This document shows, in pieces, positions 9,110 through 19,147 of a stretch of DNA of 61,692 bases. Origin of the DNA: Bacillota bacterium (lineage in GTDB: Bacteria; Bacillota; SHA-98; Ch115); assembly GCA_012842565.1 (NCBI GenBank), contig DUSO01000165.1, forward strand, positions 1 through 61,692, read 5' to 3'. A program made the translations under genes and the position numbers. Numbering within the stretch: the stretch's first letter is position 1; each line of letters opens with the position of its first letter. A model generated the notes under the pieces. It was not told the DNA's origin. It ran no database searches and saw nothing but the letters and a program-made list of their open reading frames with translations.

Positions 9110-9385
9110 GAGTGAGTGCAGCTGTTCAGTGACCGACGCCATCATAGGAGCCATAATAGGGGCTTGCGGTCACGAGGGGCTGGCGGTCGCACGGGCTAGC
9201 GATCATAGGGGCTTGCACGCTCCCCTGGACCCATAGATGCCGGGGGCTAGTCAAGGCCTGCCCCGCTTCTGAAACATAGAGGGCGCCCGCTTGCGGCCTT
9301 CATGGGCGCCCTTGGGAGTCTCTAGACCCTTACTGCCGGACGTTGCACAGATATCCATTAGTGTCGCTGCGTATCATTGCGCCAG

Positions 9386-9428
9386 GAATAAAATACGCCG
9401 AATACCTGCTACATCAGGTATTACGGCG
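9386..9428 (-). terminator. Rho-independent terminator after the AbrB-like gene
   Basis: On the minus strand: CGCCGT-AATACCTG-ATGTAG-CAGGTATT-CGGCG followed by TATTTTATT. Confidence 0.6.
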
Positions 9429-9432
9429 GGCC

Positions 9433-9759
9433 TTACAGATCTGGCTGGTCGCCGGCGCCGGGCGGTTCTGCCGCGCTGGGGGACTGAGCACAATCATCCC
9501 CCGTTTGGCTAGCTCCTGATTCCGGGCTTGATCCGGAGGTGATGGTGACGCTCGATTCAGAGTCACCTGTCAAGGTAACGTCAGACTTGGCAGCGTCTAC
9601 TGGTTGATGTACCTTTCGTATCACTATAGTGTCGCGGCACAATGTAAACTCAACAGAATCCAAGGGCTCCAGTCCGATACTTTCTCTGATCTCGCTGGGT
9701 AAGAATACTCCTCCTCCACTGAGCACTTTAGAAATCCTATAGTGTGTCCGATGTCTCAA
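9433..9759 (-). CDS. AbrB/MazE/SpoVT-family DNA-binding protein with a low-complexity acidic/Ser-rich tail
   Basis: RISKVLSGGGVFLPSEIRESIGLEPLDSVEFTLCRDTIVIRKV fits the SpoVT-AbrB looped-hinge-helix pattern. I chose the TTG start at 9759, 7 nt after AAGGAGG. The track start is the GTG at 9765. Confidence 0.6.
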   Translation of the reverse strand: MRHRTHYRISKVLSGGGVFLPSEIRESIGLEPLDSVEFTLCRDTIVIRKVHQPVDAAKSDVTLTGDSESSVTITSGSSPESGASQTGDDCAQSPSAAEPPGAGDQPDL

Positions 9760-9914
9760 CTCCACACCTCCTTCGGCTTTGATACGTCCAGGTGCGCGTG
9801 AATGCCGCCGCGCCAGGCGGGCCTGGATGGCAGGCTAAAAGTTACCGTGGGGATGTCACCAAATAGCCCACCGGCCAGGATGGGCATCCTTACCTGGGAT
9901 ATATAAGCATTTCC

Positions 9915-9942
9915 ATTATACACCTCACCTGGCAGATTGCAA
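9915..9942 (-). promoter_or_regulatory. Strong sigma-A-type promoter upstream of the AbrB-like gene
   Basis: On the minus strand: TTGCAA (9942..9937), 16-nt spacer, TATAAT (9920..9915), in an AT-rich patch. It implies a leader of about 150 nt. Confidence 0.5.
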
Positions 9943-10166
9943 GGGGTTTTAATAATTTTTAGCCATTTTTTCATAGAACACCACATGGATAACTGCAATT
10001 GTTTGAAAACTCAGGATTAGTGCTCATAGCACAAGATAGCGCCAGATATCGTGCCTATGGTAACTCCTTCCTTGATAAGCAGTCACCCATGCCAGCACCG
10101 GCTGGCACCACCGAAGGACGAGGATGGGCTGCACGCCTTTCTCAAAGCCCTAAAGCGCCCTGGCGT

Positions 10167-11387
10167 TCACTCGAAAAGGTGCATACCCAGGGCATCATAG
10201 ACGTCTTCTGTTATCTCCCCAGTTGCTTTCAGGCCTGACCTTTTCTGAAATTCCTTGACGGCGTTAGAGGTATCCTCATCGTAAACACCATCGACTTTGC
10301 CTACTTTATACCCTAAACGCTCGAGGCGGCGCTCGGCGAGGAGAACATCCGCTCCCCTTTCACCGGGTCCCAGGAGGCGCCTCGGCCTGCGTATGGGATC
10401 GTAGGGGTGGCTCACGATTTTAACCTTCGTCCCAATTTTGACCCATTGGAATAGCTCCTCCACGTGCCTGTTATGCATTCGGATACAGCCACCCGAGACA
10501 GCGTCCCCGATCGACCACGGCTTATTTGTGCCGTGGATCCCATAGATCCCCCAGGGCACATCGAGGCCCATCCACCTTGTGCCAAAGCCCCCGCTCCAGC
10601 TTGATTTCTTAATGACCTTCCATTCGCCGGGTGGGCTGGGAGTGGAAGGTTTACCAATAGCTACCGGGTATTGTCTAAAGGGCTTGCCGCGGGAATATAC
10701 GGTAAGAGTGCGCTCTTCCGTATCTATGACCAGGATTATGGGCTCCTCCGGCTGGTCGAGCGTTTCCTTGACCTGACCGGGTCTTCTGCCCGTCGGGTCA
10801 GGGGCCTTCTGGTCAGGGACACGGACCCCCAGGCCAGGCTCCCCCACCTCCGGTGTCCCGCCGCGGGGCCGGTGGGGCGGCTGTAGCGGCAACTCCGTAG
10901 TTTGAGCTACGTCGTCCGGGGTAAGGACATGCGGGAGGCCCCAATCGACAGCCGCGGCCCTGGCCAAGGCGTGCCACGTGCGCGGCCCCACGATGCCATC
11001 GGACTTGAGGCCGTGGTGCCGCTGAAACTCCTCAATCGCGGTCTCTGTCCCTGGGCCGTAAACCCCGTCGATGACACCTCGGTAAAGGCCCATTCGTGAG
11101 AGGATAATCTGGATACCCCGCACGTCCCGTCCTTTGACCCGGGGAATCCTGAGGGCTATCATCTGGTCAGGCGGGCAGTCGCAAGCCGTCGGGGCCGGGG
11201 CGGCCGCAGGATGCTCCTTATCAATACCCCCAGGGTCAGTGTCCTTGGCGCTAATCTCATTGGACTCGGCATGCAGTCCTGCCGGTTGCCGATTGTCGGC
11301 TACCCCGGCCAGGTCCCCCGGGGCCGAGAACATCAGTGAAATAAGGATAAAGGCCATGATAGCTGGCCAGCAAGTCGACCAATTCAT
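10167..11387 (-). CDS. L,D-transpeptidase (YkuD domain) with two PG_binding_1 domains
   Basis: N-terminal signal/TM segment. Two peptidoglycan-binding repeats (GVIDGVYGPGTETAIEEFQRHHGL.., GKVDGVYDEDTSNAVKEFQKRSGL..). Catalytic HGTNKPWSIGDAVSGGCIRMHN motif. Confidence 0.9.
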   Translation of the reverse strand: MNWSTCWPAIMAFILISLMFSAPGDLAGVADNRQPAGLHAESNEISAKDTDPGGIDKEHPAAAPAPTACDCPPDQMIALRIPRVKGRDVRGIQIILSRMGLYRGVIDGVYGPGTETAIEEFQRHHGLKSDGIVGPRTWHALARAAAVDWGLPHVLTPDDVAQTTELPLQPPHRPRGGTPEVGEPGLGVRVPDQKAPDPTGRRPGQVKETLDQPEEPIILVIDTEERTLTVYSRGKPFRQYPVAIGKPSTPSPPGEWKVIKKSSWSGGFGTRWMGLDVPWGIYGIHGTNKPWSIGDAVSGGCIRMHNRHVEELFQWVKIGTKVKIVSHPYDPIRRPRRLLGPGERGADVLLAERRLERLGYKVGKVDGVYDEDTSNAVKEFQKRSGLKATGEITEDVYDALGMHLFE

Positions 11388-11607
11388 ACGCAGGAATCCT
11401 CTTTATAACCCAAAGGAGTCTCTGGAACTTTATCATGGACAACCTTATTATTCCCTATAACGGTGCATCAACCATTTCCATATATCCTTTGCTTCTCTCG
11501 TCGAACGTTGCGGCGCTACGATGTGTGTGGGGCCAGCAGGGGAGTCGGTTCGGGAACGCAATGGGATCACTCCGCAGATAATGGCGTGTCTTGTAGCCGG
11601 CAATTGT

Positions 11608-12582
11608 CTACCTCCGCTGACGGAGTACCTCAGGATTTACCATGTTCGTCAACTTTTCCCCCCGTAAACCGGCGACTACCGTGGTGGCAGCGCCTAGTGA
11701 GAGCCTTCGCAAGGCGTCGGAAGAGGCACCTGCTGCGTGCGGGGTGAGGAGGACGTTATCGAGGCCCAATAGCGGGTGATCGGCGGCCGGAGGCTCCTGG
11801 GCGAATACGTCCACGGCAGCGCCCGCGAGGTGCCCGGAACGGATTGCACCAGCAAGGGCTATCTCATCTACCAGCTCACCGCGCGCCGCGTTAATAAAGA
11901 AAGAGCCCTTCTTCATCAGGGAAAACTGTTTTGCTCCCATCATTCCCCTCGTTTCGGGCGTGGATGGTGCGTGTAGGGTCACGAAATCCGCCTGGCTCAG
12001 TAAGGACTCCAGGGAATTAACATATCGGACCCCGAGGGCTTCGATGTCCTCTCTCGAGACGTTGGGGTCCCACGCAATCACCTGCATCCCCAGCGTCCCC
12101 ATGCATTTTTTCGCCACCTCACGACCGATGCGGCCGAATCCAACAATCCCCAGGGTCCGTGTAGCTACGTCGATCGACGGGATTGTAGATCGGGCCTGGA
12201 AATTTCCCTCGCGGACAGCCCTATCGTAGATCAGGAACCGCTTGGCCAAGGCCAGGATGCTTCCGAGGACATGTTCGGCCACTGATAGTGTATTGGCATC
12301 TGGTACATTCGCCACCATAATACCCAACTTCGTGGCCGCCTTGAGGTCGATGTTGTCCAGGCCGACACCATGTCGCACGACCAGACGGAGCTTCTTGCCA
12401 GCCTCCAACACGGACTGCGTGATGCGGGCGAGCCGGACAATGAGTGCGTCTGCAGCACGTACTTCTTCACAGAGTATATCCTCTGCAGTACCTTTGGCTA
12501 TCCGTATTACGAGCCCTTCCTTCTCGAGAAGGGCAACACCATCGGGGTGGATGGGTTCGGTCAACAGGACGAGCTGCTTCAC
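11608..12582 (-). CDS. D-isomer-specific 2-hydroxyacid dehydrogenase (PGDH/GHPR-like)
   Basis: NAD fold GIVGFGRIGREVAKK. Catalytic region ...INAARGELVDE...DVF..EP...HPLL...NV..TPH. GTG start after GGAGGGAG. Confidence 0.88.
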   Translation of the reverse strand: MKQLVLLTEPIHPDGVALLEKEGLVIRIAKGTAEDILCEEVRAADALIVRLARITQSVLEAGKKLRLVVRHGVGLDNIDLKAATKLGIMVANVPDANTLSVAEHVLGSILALAKRFLIYDRAVREGNFQARSTIPSIDVATRTLGIVGFGRIGREVAKKCMGTLGMQVIAWDPNVSREDIEALGVRYVNSLESLLSQADFVTLHAPSTPETRGMMGAKQFSLMKKGSFFINAARGELVDEIALAGAIRSGHLAGAAVDVFAQEPPAADHPLLGLDNVLLTPHAAGASSDALRRLSLGAATTVVAGLRGEKLTNMVNPEVLRQRR

Positions 12583-12686
12583 TGCGCTCCCTCCGTTTCT
12601 TCGACTTTCGCAACCCTCTGATCATCATCTTCGGGGTGGATTAATAGCCAGCTTTTGGTTAGGCTTCGTCAATTGGTTAGGCTTCG

Positions 12687-13694
12687 TCAAGAAGAGACCT
12701 CCTGAATAACTGGGTTTGTAAGGTGTCCTATATATTCCACTTTCGCGGTTACTATATCTCCCGGGTCAAGAAAAGCCGGGGGATCGTAGAATTGCGGGGT
12801 GCCGGCTGGGGTGCCTGTGGCAATGATGTCTCCCGGCTCCAGGGTCATGACCTTTGAGAGGTACGAAATCACTACAGGAATAGGGAAGAGCATCTTACTC
12901 GTATTGGAATCCTGTAATACGCGGCCGTTAACATCCAGGCAAATGCGGAGGTTTTGTGGATCGGGAATCTCGTCCTTTGTAATGATCCACGGCCCCATTG
13001 GGGCAAAAGTGTCGAAATTCTTTCCGCACATTACCTGCCCATCCTGGGCGATAATATCCACGGCACTTATATCGTTTACAATGGTGTAACCTGCCACGTA
13101 ATCATAGGCTTCTTCTTCGGGGATGCTTTTCCCTCTCCTACCTATTACGACGGCTAGTTCAGCTTCGTAACCCACCTGGCGAGATAACCAAGGATGGATT
13201 ATATATTCCCCGGGACCTATAATGGTAGTCGGGAATTTGGCGAAGAATCTCGGTCGGGCGGGGAATGGCCGGTTCAGCCCCTCCAGGTAATCGACATAGT
13301 TATGCAGCAGGCATATGAATTTGGATGGCACAGGCAATGGAGCCGCGAGCTTCAAGTCCTTGAGCTGGTAGACCAGGCCCCCCTGGGCGCGACCGGTCTT
13401 GCACTGGAGATTGCCGGGGCCAGTTTCGCTGGCCCACTGCTGTATTGTCTTCAAGGCATCAAAGGCGCGATCGCCCATCCGCAGGATATCGGCAATTTGG
13501 CAGGGTCCGCGAGGTATCAAGCTTTTCAGGTTTGCAGGGAGTGCCGGTGCGTCTATACTCCTCAAAGCGGGCTCTGGGTTCCCGGAGAGAATGAGGGAGC
13601 AGATAGACGCCAAGTCAATTACGAATTCCCCCTGTGGGTCCAGCAGCATGCCAGGCCGGAGGTCATCCCCGAGCTTAAATGTCAGGAGGCGCAC
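12687..13694 (-). CDS. Fumarylacetoacetate hydrolase (FAH) family protein
   Basis: C-terminal FAH fold motifs (..YEAELAVVIG.., ..GYTIVNDISA.D.., ..K.FDTFAP.GP.., ..GD.I.TGTP.G). The start is set at GTG 13694, 10 nt after GGGGGAG and 1 nt after the upstream TAG. The track ATG at 13754 would overlap the upstream gene by 59 nt. Confidence 0.85.
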   Translation of the reverse strand: MRLLTFKLGDDLRPGMLLDPQGEFVIDLASICSLILSGNPEPALRSIDAPALPANLKSLIPRGPCQIADILRMGDRAFDALKTIQQWASETGPGNLQCKTGRAQGGLVYQLKDLKLAAPLPVPSKFICLLHNYVDYLEGLNRPFPARPRFFAKFPTTIIGPGEYIIHPWLSRQVGYEAELAVVIGRRGKSIPEEEAYDYVAGYTIVNDISAVDIIAQDGQVMCGKNFDTFAPMGPWIITKDEIPDPQNLRICLDVNGRVLQDSNTSKMLFPIPVVISYLSKVMTLEPGDIIATGTPAGTPQFYDPPAFLDPGDIVTAKVEYIGHLTNPVIQEVSS

Positions 13695-13695
13695 T

Positions 13696-14808
13696 CTAGA
13701 TGGTCTCCCCCTTCGAATACATGGAGATGGCTTCTTCATTGAGATGGATACCAAGTCCGGGTTGCTGAGGGATATTGACCACTCCTTCTTCGGGAACGGG
13801 GAAATCTAATACTAACTCACTTCTCAGGGGATCTTTGCGGATAGGGTACTCTACATACTTGCTATTCCTTATCCCACCGAGAAGGTGTATCATGGCAGCG
13901 AACCTGACGCCGGGGCCATAAAAGTGAGGGATGCATGGAATTCCCCATGCATCGGCGAGATCAGCAATCCGCTTGCATTCCGATATCCCACCAGACCGTA
14001 AATCTGGCTGGAAGATATCACCTGCGCCCTTTTGGATCAGCTCTTTAGCATCAAAGCGGGTGAATATCTCGTGCTCTCCAATAGCGATAGGGATATGAGT
14101 GGCAGCGGCGAGTTCACTTATTCCGTCCAGCTCATATGGGGGCAGCGGCTCTTCTATCCATGTTGGATTATATTTTTCGAGAGACCTTATACGCTTCAGG
14201 GCCTCGAGCCGGGACCAGGCGGAATTGACATCTATCATCAGAATACCGTGATCTCCCAGCGCATTCCTAGCTTCTCTTACGATATCTTCGTCCTTATCTG
14301 GCTCGACACCGATCCTGATCTTTACTGCCCGGAACCCCCTGTCGAGGCAATCCCTCACTACGTCACCAATCTGTGAAGGGCCTACGTAATCGAGGCTTGC
14401 ATAAGCCTCGATCTGATCTCTATTTCCCCCTAACAACTGGTAGACAGGCAACCCTACATGCTTGCCAAGGATGTCCCAGAGCGCCATATCCAGTGCGCCA
14501 ATTGCATAGATCTCAAGTCCCTTATACCGTCCCATTGCATGGGGGACACCAAACATCTTTTCCCATAGCCTGCCGATCTCAAGGGGGTTTTCGCCTATCA
14601 ATAGCGGGGCAAACCGGTGCTGGATGAGCTCCACTATCGAAGGGTCACCCGTTGGGAAAGCATCAGCGTCACCGACGCCTACTATTCCTTCATCAGTTAT
14701 AACCTCCACCAGCACGATCGAGCGGTAGGGGATAGACAGGTGGGCAAACGTAACCGGACGCTCATAACTGCAGGACAAGAGCGTGGTCTTAACCCTGGTA
14801 ATCCTCAC
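13696..14808 (-). CDS. Enolase-superfamily enzyme, mandelate racemase/muconate lactonizing family (paralog 2)
   Basis: AVKIRIG, DVNSAW, IEEP, GEHE, QPD and PHF are in the canonical order for the metal ligands and a His/Asp dyad. Confidence 0.88.
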   Translation of the reverse strand: MRITRVKTTLLSCSYERPVTFAHLSIPYRSIVLVEVITDEGIVGVGDADAFPTGDPSIVELIQHRFAPLLIGENPLEIGRLWEKMFGVPHAMGRYKGLEIYAIGALDMALWDILGKHVGLPVYQLLGGNRDQIEAYASLDYVGPSQIGDVVRDCLDRGFRAVKIRIGVEPDKDEDIVREARNALGDHGILMIDVNSAWSRLEALKRIRSLEKYNPTWIEEPLPPYELDGISELAAATHIPIAIGEHEIFTRFDAKELIQKGAGDIFQPDLRSGGISECKRIADLADAWGIPCIPHFYGPGVRFAAMIHLLGGIRNSKYVEYPIRKDPLRSELVLDFPVPEEGVVNIPQQPGLGIHLNEEAISMYSKGETI

Positions 14809-14835
14809 GCCGCAGGTCGCCTCCTTCCTGAAACA

Positions 14836-16752
14836 CTAAGACTGAGATGCCTCTCCTGCGAAGGTGCGCTTGGCATCTTCACGGCGTCTATAGAGCTGGA
14901 GGGCGAGAGAGATTCCAAGTAGTATAAATCCCAAGACGTCCGTTAAAGAGCCTGGGTCTATTAGCGTAAGACTGGCTGCGAACAAGAGGAGTCTCCCCAA
15001 TGGCGTCACCTTTGTTATCATCCATCCTTCGCCGGCTGCCGCCAAGCAGGTGACCCCTATCAGCGCTGTAATGGACGCCTGGATTACCTTATATGCTGGG
15101 CCCATCAATAACAGAGGCGGACTGAATACGAACATGAAGGGGACTATATAGGCTGCTATTCCAAGTTTTACGGCCGTGAACCCCGTCTTTGATGCATTGG
15201 CATTTGCAAGGCTCGCTCCAGCATAAGAGGCTAATGCCACTGGGGGAGTTATACACGATATCACGGCAAAGTACAGGGCAAATAGATGGGCAGCCACCAC
15301 ATTTATGCCCATTTTTATTAATGCCGGAACCAGCAGCGCGGCGCATATTACATAGGCAGGTGTCGTGGGAAGCCCCATCCCCAATACCAGGGCCACCGTG
15401 GCTGTCAGGATGAGGGCTAGAATCACGTTACTCCCGGCAATCCCCAGGATAAGACTGGATAGCCTTAGGCCCAGCCCGGTAAGCATCACAATTCCTATGA
15501 CGATGCCGGCACATGCGCAAGTGATGGCGACCGAAATGGTGTCAACCGCTCCTTTTTCCAATGCTGAAAGGATTGCACGGAGATCCAGCCTCGTATGTCT
15601 GTTGAATGCAGTGATCAACACCACCGAGAGGATGGAATAAAGACATGCATACATCGGGGTGAAGCCAAGAATCATCAGGAACACTATCACGCCAATGGGA
15701 ATAAAGAGATAAGCCTCTCTGAGGACGCTCGATATCTTGGGCACTTCATTGTCCGGTAAGCCCTTGAGGCCGAGTTTTAGCGCCTCGAAATGGACCATGA
15801 GGTAACATGCGGCGTAGTACAGTATGGCAGGGAGAATGGCGTACTTGCAGATAGTTAAATAGGGTATGCCGGTGTATTCGCTCATGACAAACGCCGCCGC
15901 TCCCATCACGGGGGGCATGATTTGTCCTCCTGTAGAGGCTACGGCTTCTACGGCGCCAGCGAAGTAATCCCTATAACCAGACTTTTTCATAAGTGGAATG
16001 CTGATCTGTCCGGTGATGACTACATTGGCAACAGCGCTTCCGGAGATTGTCCCCACGAGTCCGCTGGATACAACCGCCATCTTGGCAGGTCCTCCTGCAG
16101 ACCTACCTGTCAACGCGGAGGCGAAACGCATAAAATAGTCACCAATTTTGGATTTCTCAAGGAATGCGCCGAAGATGATAAAAAGCACAATGACGCTCGC
16201 GGATACCTGGATTGGTACCCCGAAGACGCCCTCGGTGGTCAGGTACAGTTGATCTATGATCTCGACCAAACTGAAGCCACTGTGTCTTAGTATACCGGGC
16301 AGGTGATTTCCCAAGAGCCCATACAAGACTGACGCAACCGCAATTATCGGAAGGGCCGGACCGCTCGTCCTTCTGGTCAGTTCGACAATTAAAATCAGGA
16401 AGAGTATCCCGAGGACATATTCCTGCGCCTTCAGCGGGGAAACCCATACGATCCTCGTTATAACATGCTCGTAATTGAGCCATATATACGCTACAGTGCA
16501 AAGGGAGAGGGCGGCAAAGAGGGCATCTACCACGTTGGGACCTTTACCTTTTCGAACCTTGGATGCGGGGTACAGCAAGAACCCAAGCACCAGGACAAAG
16601 CCGAGGTGGATGCTTCTCTGGATCAATGCCGGCCTCGTGCCGAAGGCCGCGGTATACAAGTGAAAAAGGGACATGGCGATCGCTATGCACTTTATTGTGA
16701 TGGCTACAAGGTTACCCTGTGTCAACCATTTCCTCACTCTTTCCACTGTCAT
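14836..16752 (-). CDS. TAXI-type TRAP transporter, fused small/large permease
   Basis: About 640 aa and highly hydrophobic, with many TM segments. It sits directly downstream of a TAXI solute receptor. The start is set at MTVERVRKW (16752). The ORF extends to 16863, so the start is uncertain. Confidence 0.85.
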   Translation of the reverse strand: MTVERVRKWLTQGNLVAITIKCIAIAMSLFHLYTAAFGTRPALIQRSIHLGFVLVLGFLLYPASKVRKGKGPNVVDALFAALSLCTVAYIWLNYEHVITRIVWVSPLKAQEYVLGILFLILIVELTRRTSGPALPIIAVASVLYGLLGNHLPGILRHSGFSLVEIIDQLYLTTEGVFGVPIQVSASVIVLFIIFGAFLEKSKIGDYFMRFASALTGRSAGGPAKMAVVSSGLVGTISGSAVANVVITGQISIPLMKKSGYRDYFAGAVEAVASTGGQIMPPVMGAAAFVMSEYTGIPYLTICKYAILPAILYYAACYLMVHFEALKLGLKGLPDNEVPKISSVLREAYLFIPIGVIVFLMILGFTPMYACLYSILSVVLITAFNRHTRLDLRAILSALEKGAVDTISVAITCACAGIVIGIVMLTGLGLRLSSLILGIAGSNVILALILTATVALVLGMGLPTTPAYVICAALLVPALIKMGINVVAAHLFALYFAVISCITPPVALASYAGASLANANASKTGFTAVKLGIAAYIVPFMFVFSPPLLLMGPAYKVIQASITALIGVTCLAAAGEGWMITKVTPLGRLLLFAASLTLIDPGSLTDVLGFILLGISLALQLYRRREDAKRTFAGEASQS

Positions 16753-16878
16753 CACCCCAATACTGCCGGGAACTGCATGAATCGACTGGCGATTGCATAG
16801 GTTAAGCGGCTGTGCTTGATTATTACGGGTGCAGGCGACCTGTTGTCTACCTGCACCCACCATGCGCGAATGCCGTGT

Positions 16879-17856
16879 CTATTTGATAACGCCTATCTCC
16901 TTGTAATACTTTAATGCCCCCTCATGGAAAGGCACTCCAACATTCTTGGCCATTAAAGCCGGTGTCAGTGGTTTATAGAGGGCATGTACATCGCCCAATT
17001 TGGAGAGGTTGCGGGCCAGAGATTTTGTAACCTCGTACACAAAGTCGGCTGGCAGGTCAGCACTTGCCATCAGATGAGTTGCGGTCCCGAAGGTCTTCAC
17101 AGGATAGGTTTGGAATTCATATGCGCCTGGCTCAACTACCTGGGGTACATAGCCCTCGTTGAGGTGGTTCAACTCCTTGAGTTTTTCATCGCTCAGGCTT
17201 ATCCACTTAATCTTGCGGGTTGCGGCGAGGTCCATGACGGCGGAGGCCGGTACAGCGGTCCCAAACATCCACGCGTCCGCGTGCCCGTCCTTCATCAACT
17301 CGACAGAGTCGTTATAGCTCCCAAAGTGCACCCTGGCCATATCCTTATAGCTAAGGCCGTGCACCTTGAGGACGTCCGCGGCCATTTGCTCGCCTGTGTT
17401 CCCTTTTTGCAGCGTGGTGAGGACTTTCCCCTTTAGATCCTCTACTTTTTCTATCCCGGAATCGGCCCGTACTATGAAGTGGAAGCTTTCATCGTACAGG
17501 TACATCACGTTGCGTACTTTACTTGCCTTCTGCTTGAAGGGGGGTTCACCTCTTAATGCTTGCCATGTAGTGCATGCCTTTCCGAATGCTATGAGGCTTC
17601 TTCCACTCTCCATGGCCTCTATATTGCTGATCCCCGCTCCGGGCATGACGGTCATTGTAAGCCCCGGGATATCCTTCTGCAAGAATTCGGCCATAGCCCC
17701 GCCTGTGGGATACCAAACCCCGCCCATAGTCCCGGTCATCAACTTGATGTTGTAGTTCCAACTCCGGGCACCAATGGCGTTTCCGCCGGTGAAAACCATT
17801 ATGATAAGAGTAGCTATCATCAAATATGCGGTCTTTAGAATCCTCCGTCGCGACAT
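16879..17856 (-). CDS. TAXI-family TRAP transporter solute-binding protein
   Basis: Signal peptide MSRRRILKTAYLMIATLIIMVF. The mature part has TGTMGGVWYPTGGAMAEF... and ...PFHEGALKYYKE, typical of TAXI receptors. RBS GGGAGG. Confidence 0.85.
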   Translation of the reverse strand: MSRRRILKTAYLMIATLIIMVFTGGNAIGARSWNYNIKLMTGTMGGVWYPTGGAMAEFLQKDIPGLTMTVMPGAGISNIEAMESGRSLIAFGKACTTWQALRGEPPFKQKASKVRNVMYLYDESFHFIVRADSGIEKVEDLKGKVLTTLQKGNTGEQMAADVLKVHGLSYKDMARVHFGSYNDSVELMKDGHADAWMFGTAVPASAVMDLAATRKIKWISLSDEKLKELNHLNEGYVPQVVEPGAYEFQTYPVKTFGTATHLMASADLPADFVYEVTKSLARNLSKLGDVHALYKPLTPALMAKNVGVPFHEGALKYYKEIGVIK

Positions 17857-17964
17857 GTCGTCGACCTCCCTAGCAACTCATGTTATGAGCTTCTCAGCCA
17901 TAATGGCCTTCTCGATTGCTCTGACCTCAGTAAGAAATCGGTTGGGCTCCGCCCCTAGAAATGC

Positions 17965-19125
17965 TTACCCCTGGACCACATGAAGCTGGAGTGGCGTCTT
18001 ACATAGAGGCTCCCCCCCTCCTGGTGTGACAAGCACGGGCAACTCAAGGCGCATTCCACCCACTCCTGGCCAGTAAATATGGGTTCCAGCATTCACCACC
18101 ATGTTCTCGACAAACTCCTCATGATTGTTCAAAGTAATCAATGGGGGTATTCTGGAACAGGTTCCGATGCCGTGACCAAAAGAGGGGATGCACCACCTGT
18201 CGAGGCCATTATTCTTTATCTTTTCATAGGCGGCCCTGGCCACCTCGGATATAACGGCTCCGGGCACCATACCTTTGACAAGGGTAGTAACAGCTTCAAC
18301 CCAGGTATGAGCCAGTTTCTGCTGGTCGGATGTAGGGGGTCCGACAACGGCGTTTGCCGCGAAGTCCGCGTAATAGAGCCTGTACATCGGGTGCAGGTCG
18401 ATAATGACCATGTCGCCCCGCTGAATGATCTTGTTGGTAGCAGGTTGTGTGAATCCAAGGTAATAAGCAGAACGGTAGCCAGACCCGACCTCGGTTCCTG
18501 CTGTGACGGACCAGGCCCACTCACTGCCTGCGCACCGCATCGCATACTCAGCTACACCTGCGATTTCGTTTTCGGTCTTCCCTGCTTTGAGGGCATCGAG
18601 TGCTGCCGCAAATCCTATATCGGCTATAGCACTAACCTGCCTCATGAGGAGTATTTCTTCTTTTTCTTTAACGGCTAGGATCTGGTCAACGCATCCTGTG
18701 GCGTTGACGAAGTGTGCGCTGGGCAGGAGTTTTTTGAGGTCCTCGTATTCAATGGCAAGGAGCAAGCCTGGGGCCGTTCTCGCTCCCTCTACTGCGAGTT
18801 CGACACCTATCGTACCTCGGTCCAGGCCCAAGTCCCTTATTGTATTTGCAATAGCTTCGGTGAAGGAGCATTTATTCCTGGCCCCCCATTCGATTACGTG
18901 ATCCATCCAGGTATCCTCTTTCAGCCTGGACGCGTCGTTTTCCCATAAAAGCCCTATGGCAGGCCCGCTTTGGGGTATTATAACGGCAGTCCTCCAGGGG
19001 GCAAATGCGCCGAGTGTGTACGACACGGTTGCGGTTCTTACTGCTATATAAACGTCTATCCCATGGCGATTAAGTGCATCCTGGATTTTCTGTATCCGGC
19101 GCGGATAATTGATACTTATGTTCAT
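17965..19125 (-). CDS. M24-family metallohydrolase (creatinase/prolidase-like, Xaa-Pro peptidase fold)
   Basis: Creatinase_N-like N-domain plus a pita-bread domain with ..DMVIIDLHPMYRLYYADFA.., ..GHGIG.. and late E residues. RBS GTGGAGG. Confidence 0.85.
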   Translation of the reverse strand: MNISINYPRRIQKIQDALNRHGIDVYIAVRTATVSYTLGAFAPWRTAVIIPQSGPAIGLLWENDASRLKEDTWMDHVIEWGARNKCSFTEAIANTIRDLGLDRGTIGVELAVEGARTAPGLLLAIEYEDLKKLLPSAHFVNATGCVDQILAVKEKEEILLMRQVSAIADIGFAAALDALKAGKTENEIAGVAEYAMRCAGSEWAWSVTAGTEVGSGYRSAYYLGFTQPATNKIIQRGDMVIIDLHPMYRLYYADFAANAVVGPPTSDQQKLAHTWVEAVTTLVKGMVPGAVISEVARAAYEKIKNNGLDRWCIPSFGHGIGTCSRIPPLITLNNHEEFVENMVVNAGTHIYWPGVGGMRLELPVLVTPGGGEPLCKTPLQLHVVQG

Positions 19126-19147
19126 TTTTCAAGCCTCCACGTAAACG

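Noticed and set aside
11388-11607. Possible c-di-AMP (ydaO-type) riboswitch upstream of the L,D-transpeptidase, because of a CCCGAACCGAC-like segment
   Set aside because: The paired GGGGA/ACGGGG-type conserved blocks and the pseudo-two-fold architecture of the ydaO motif are absent. The similarity is limited to one short stretch.
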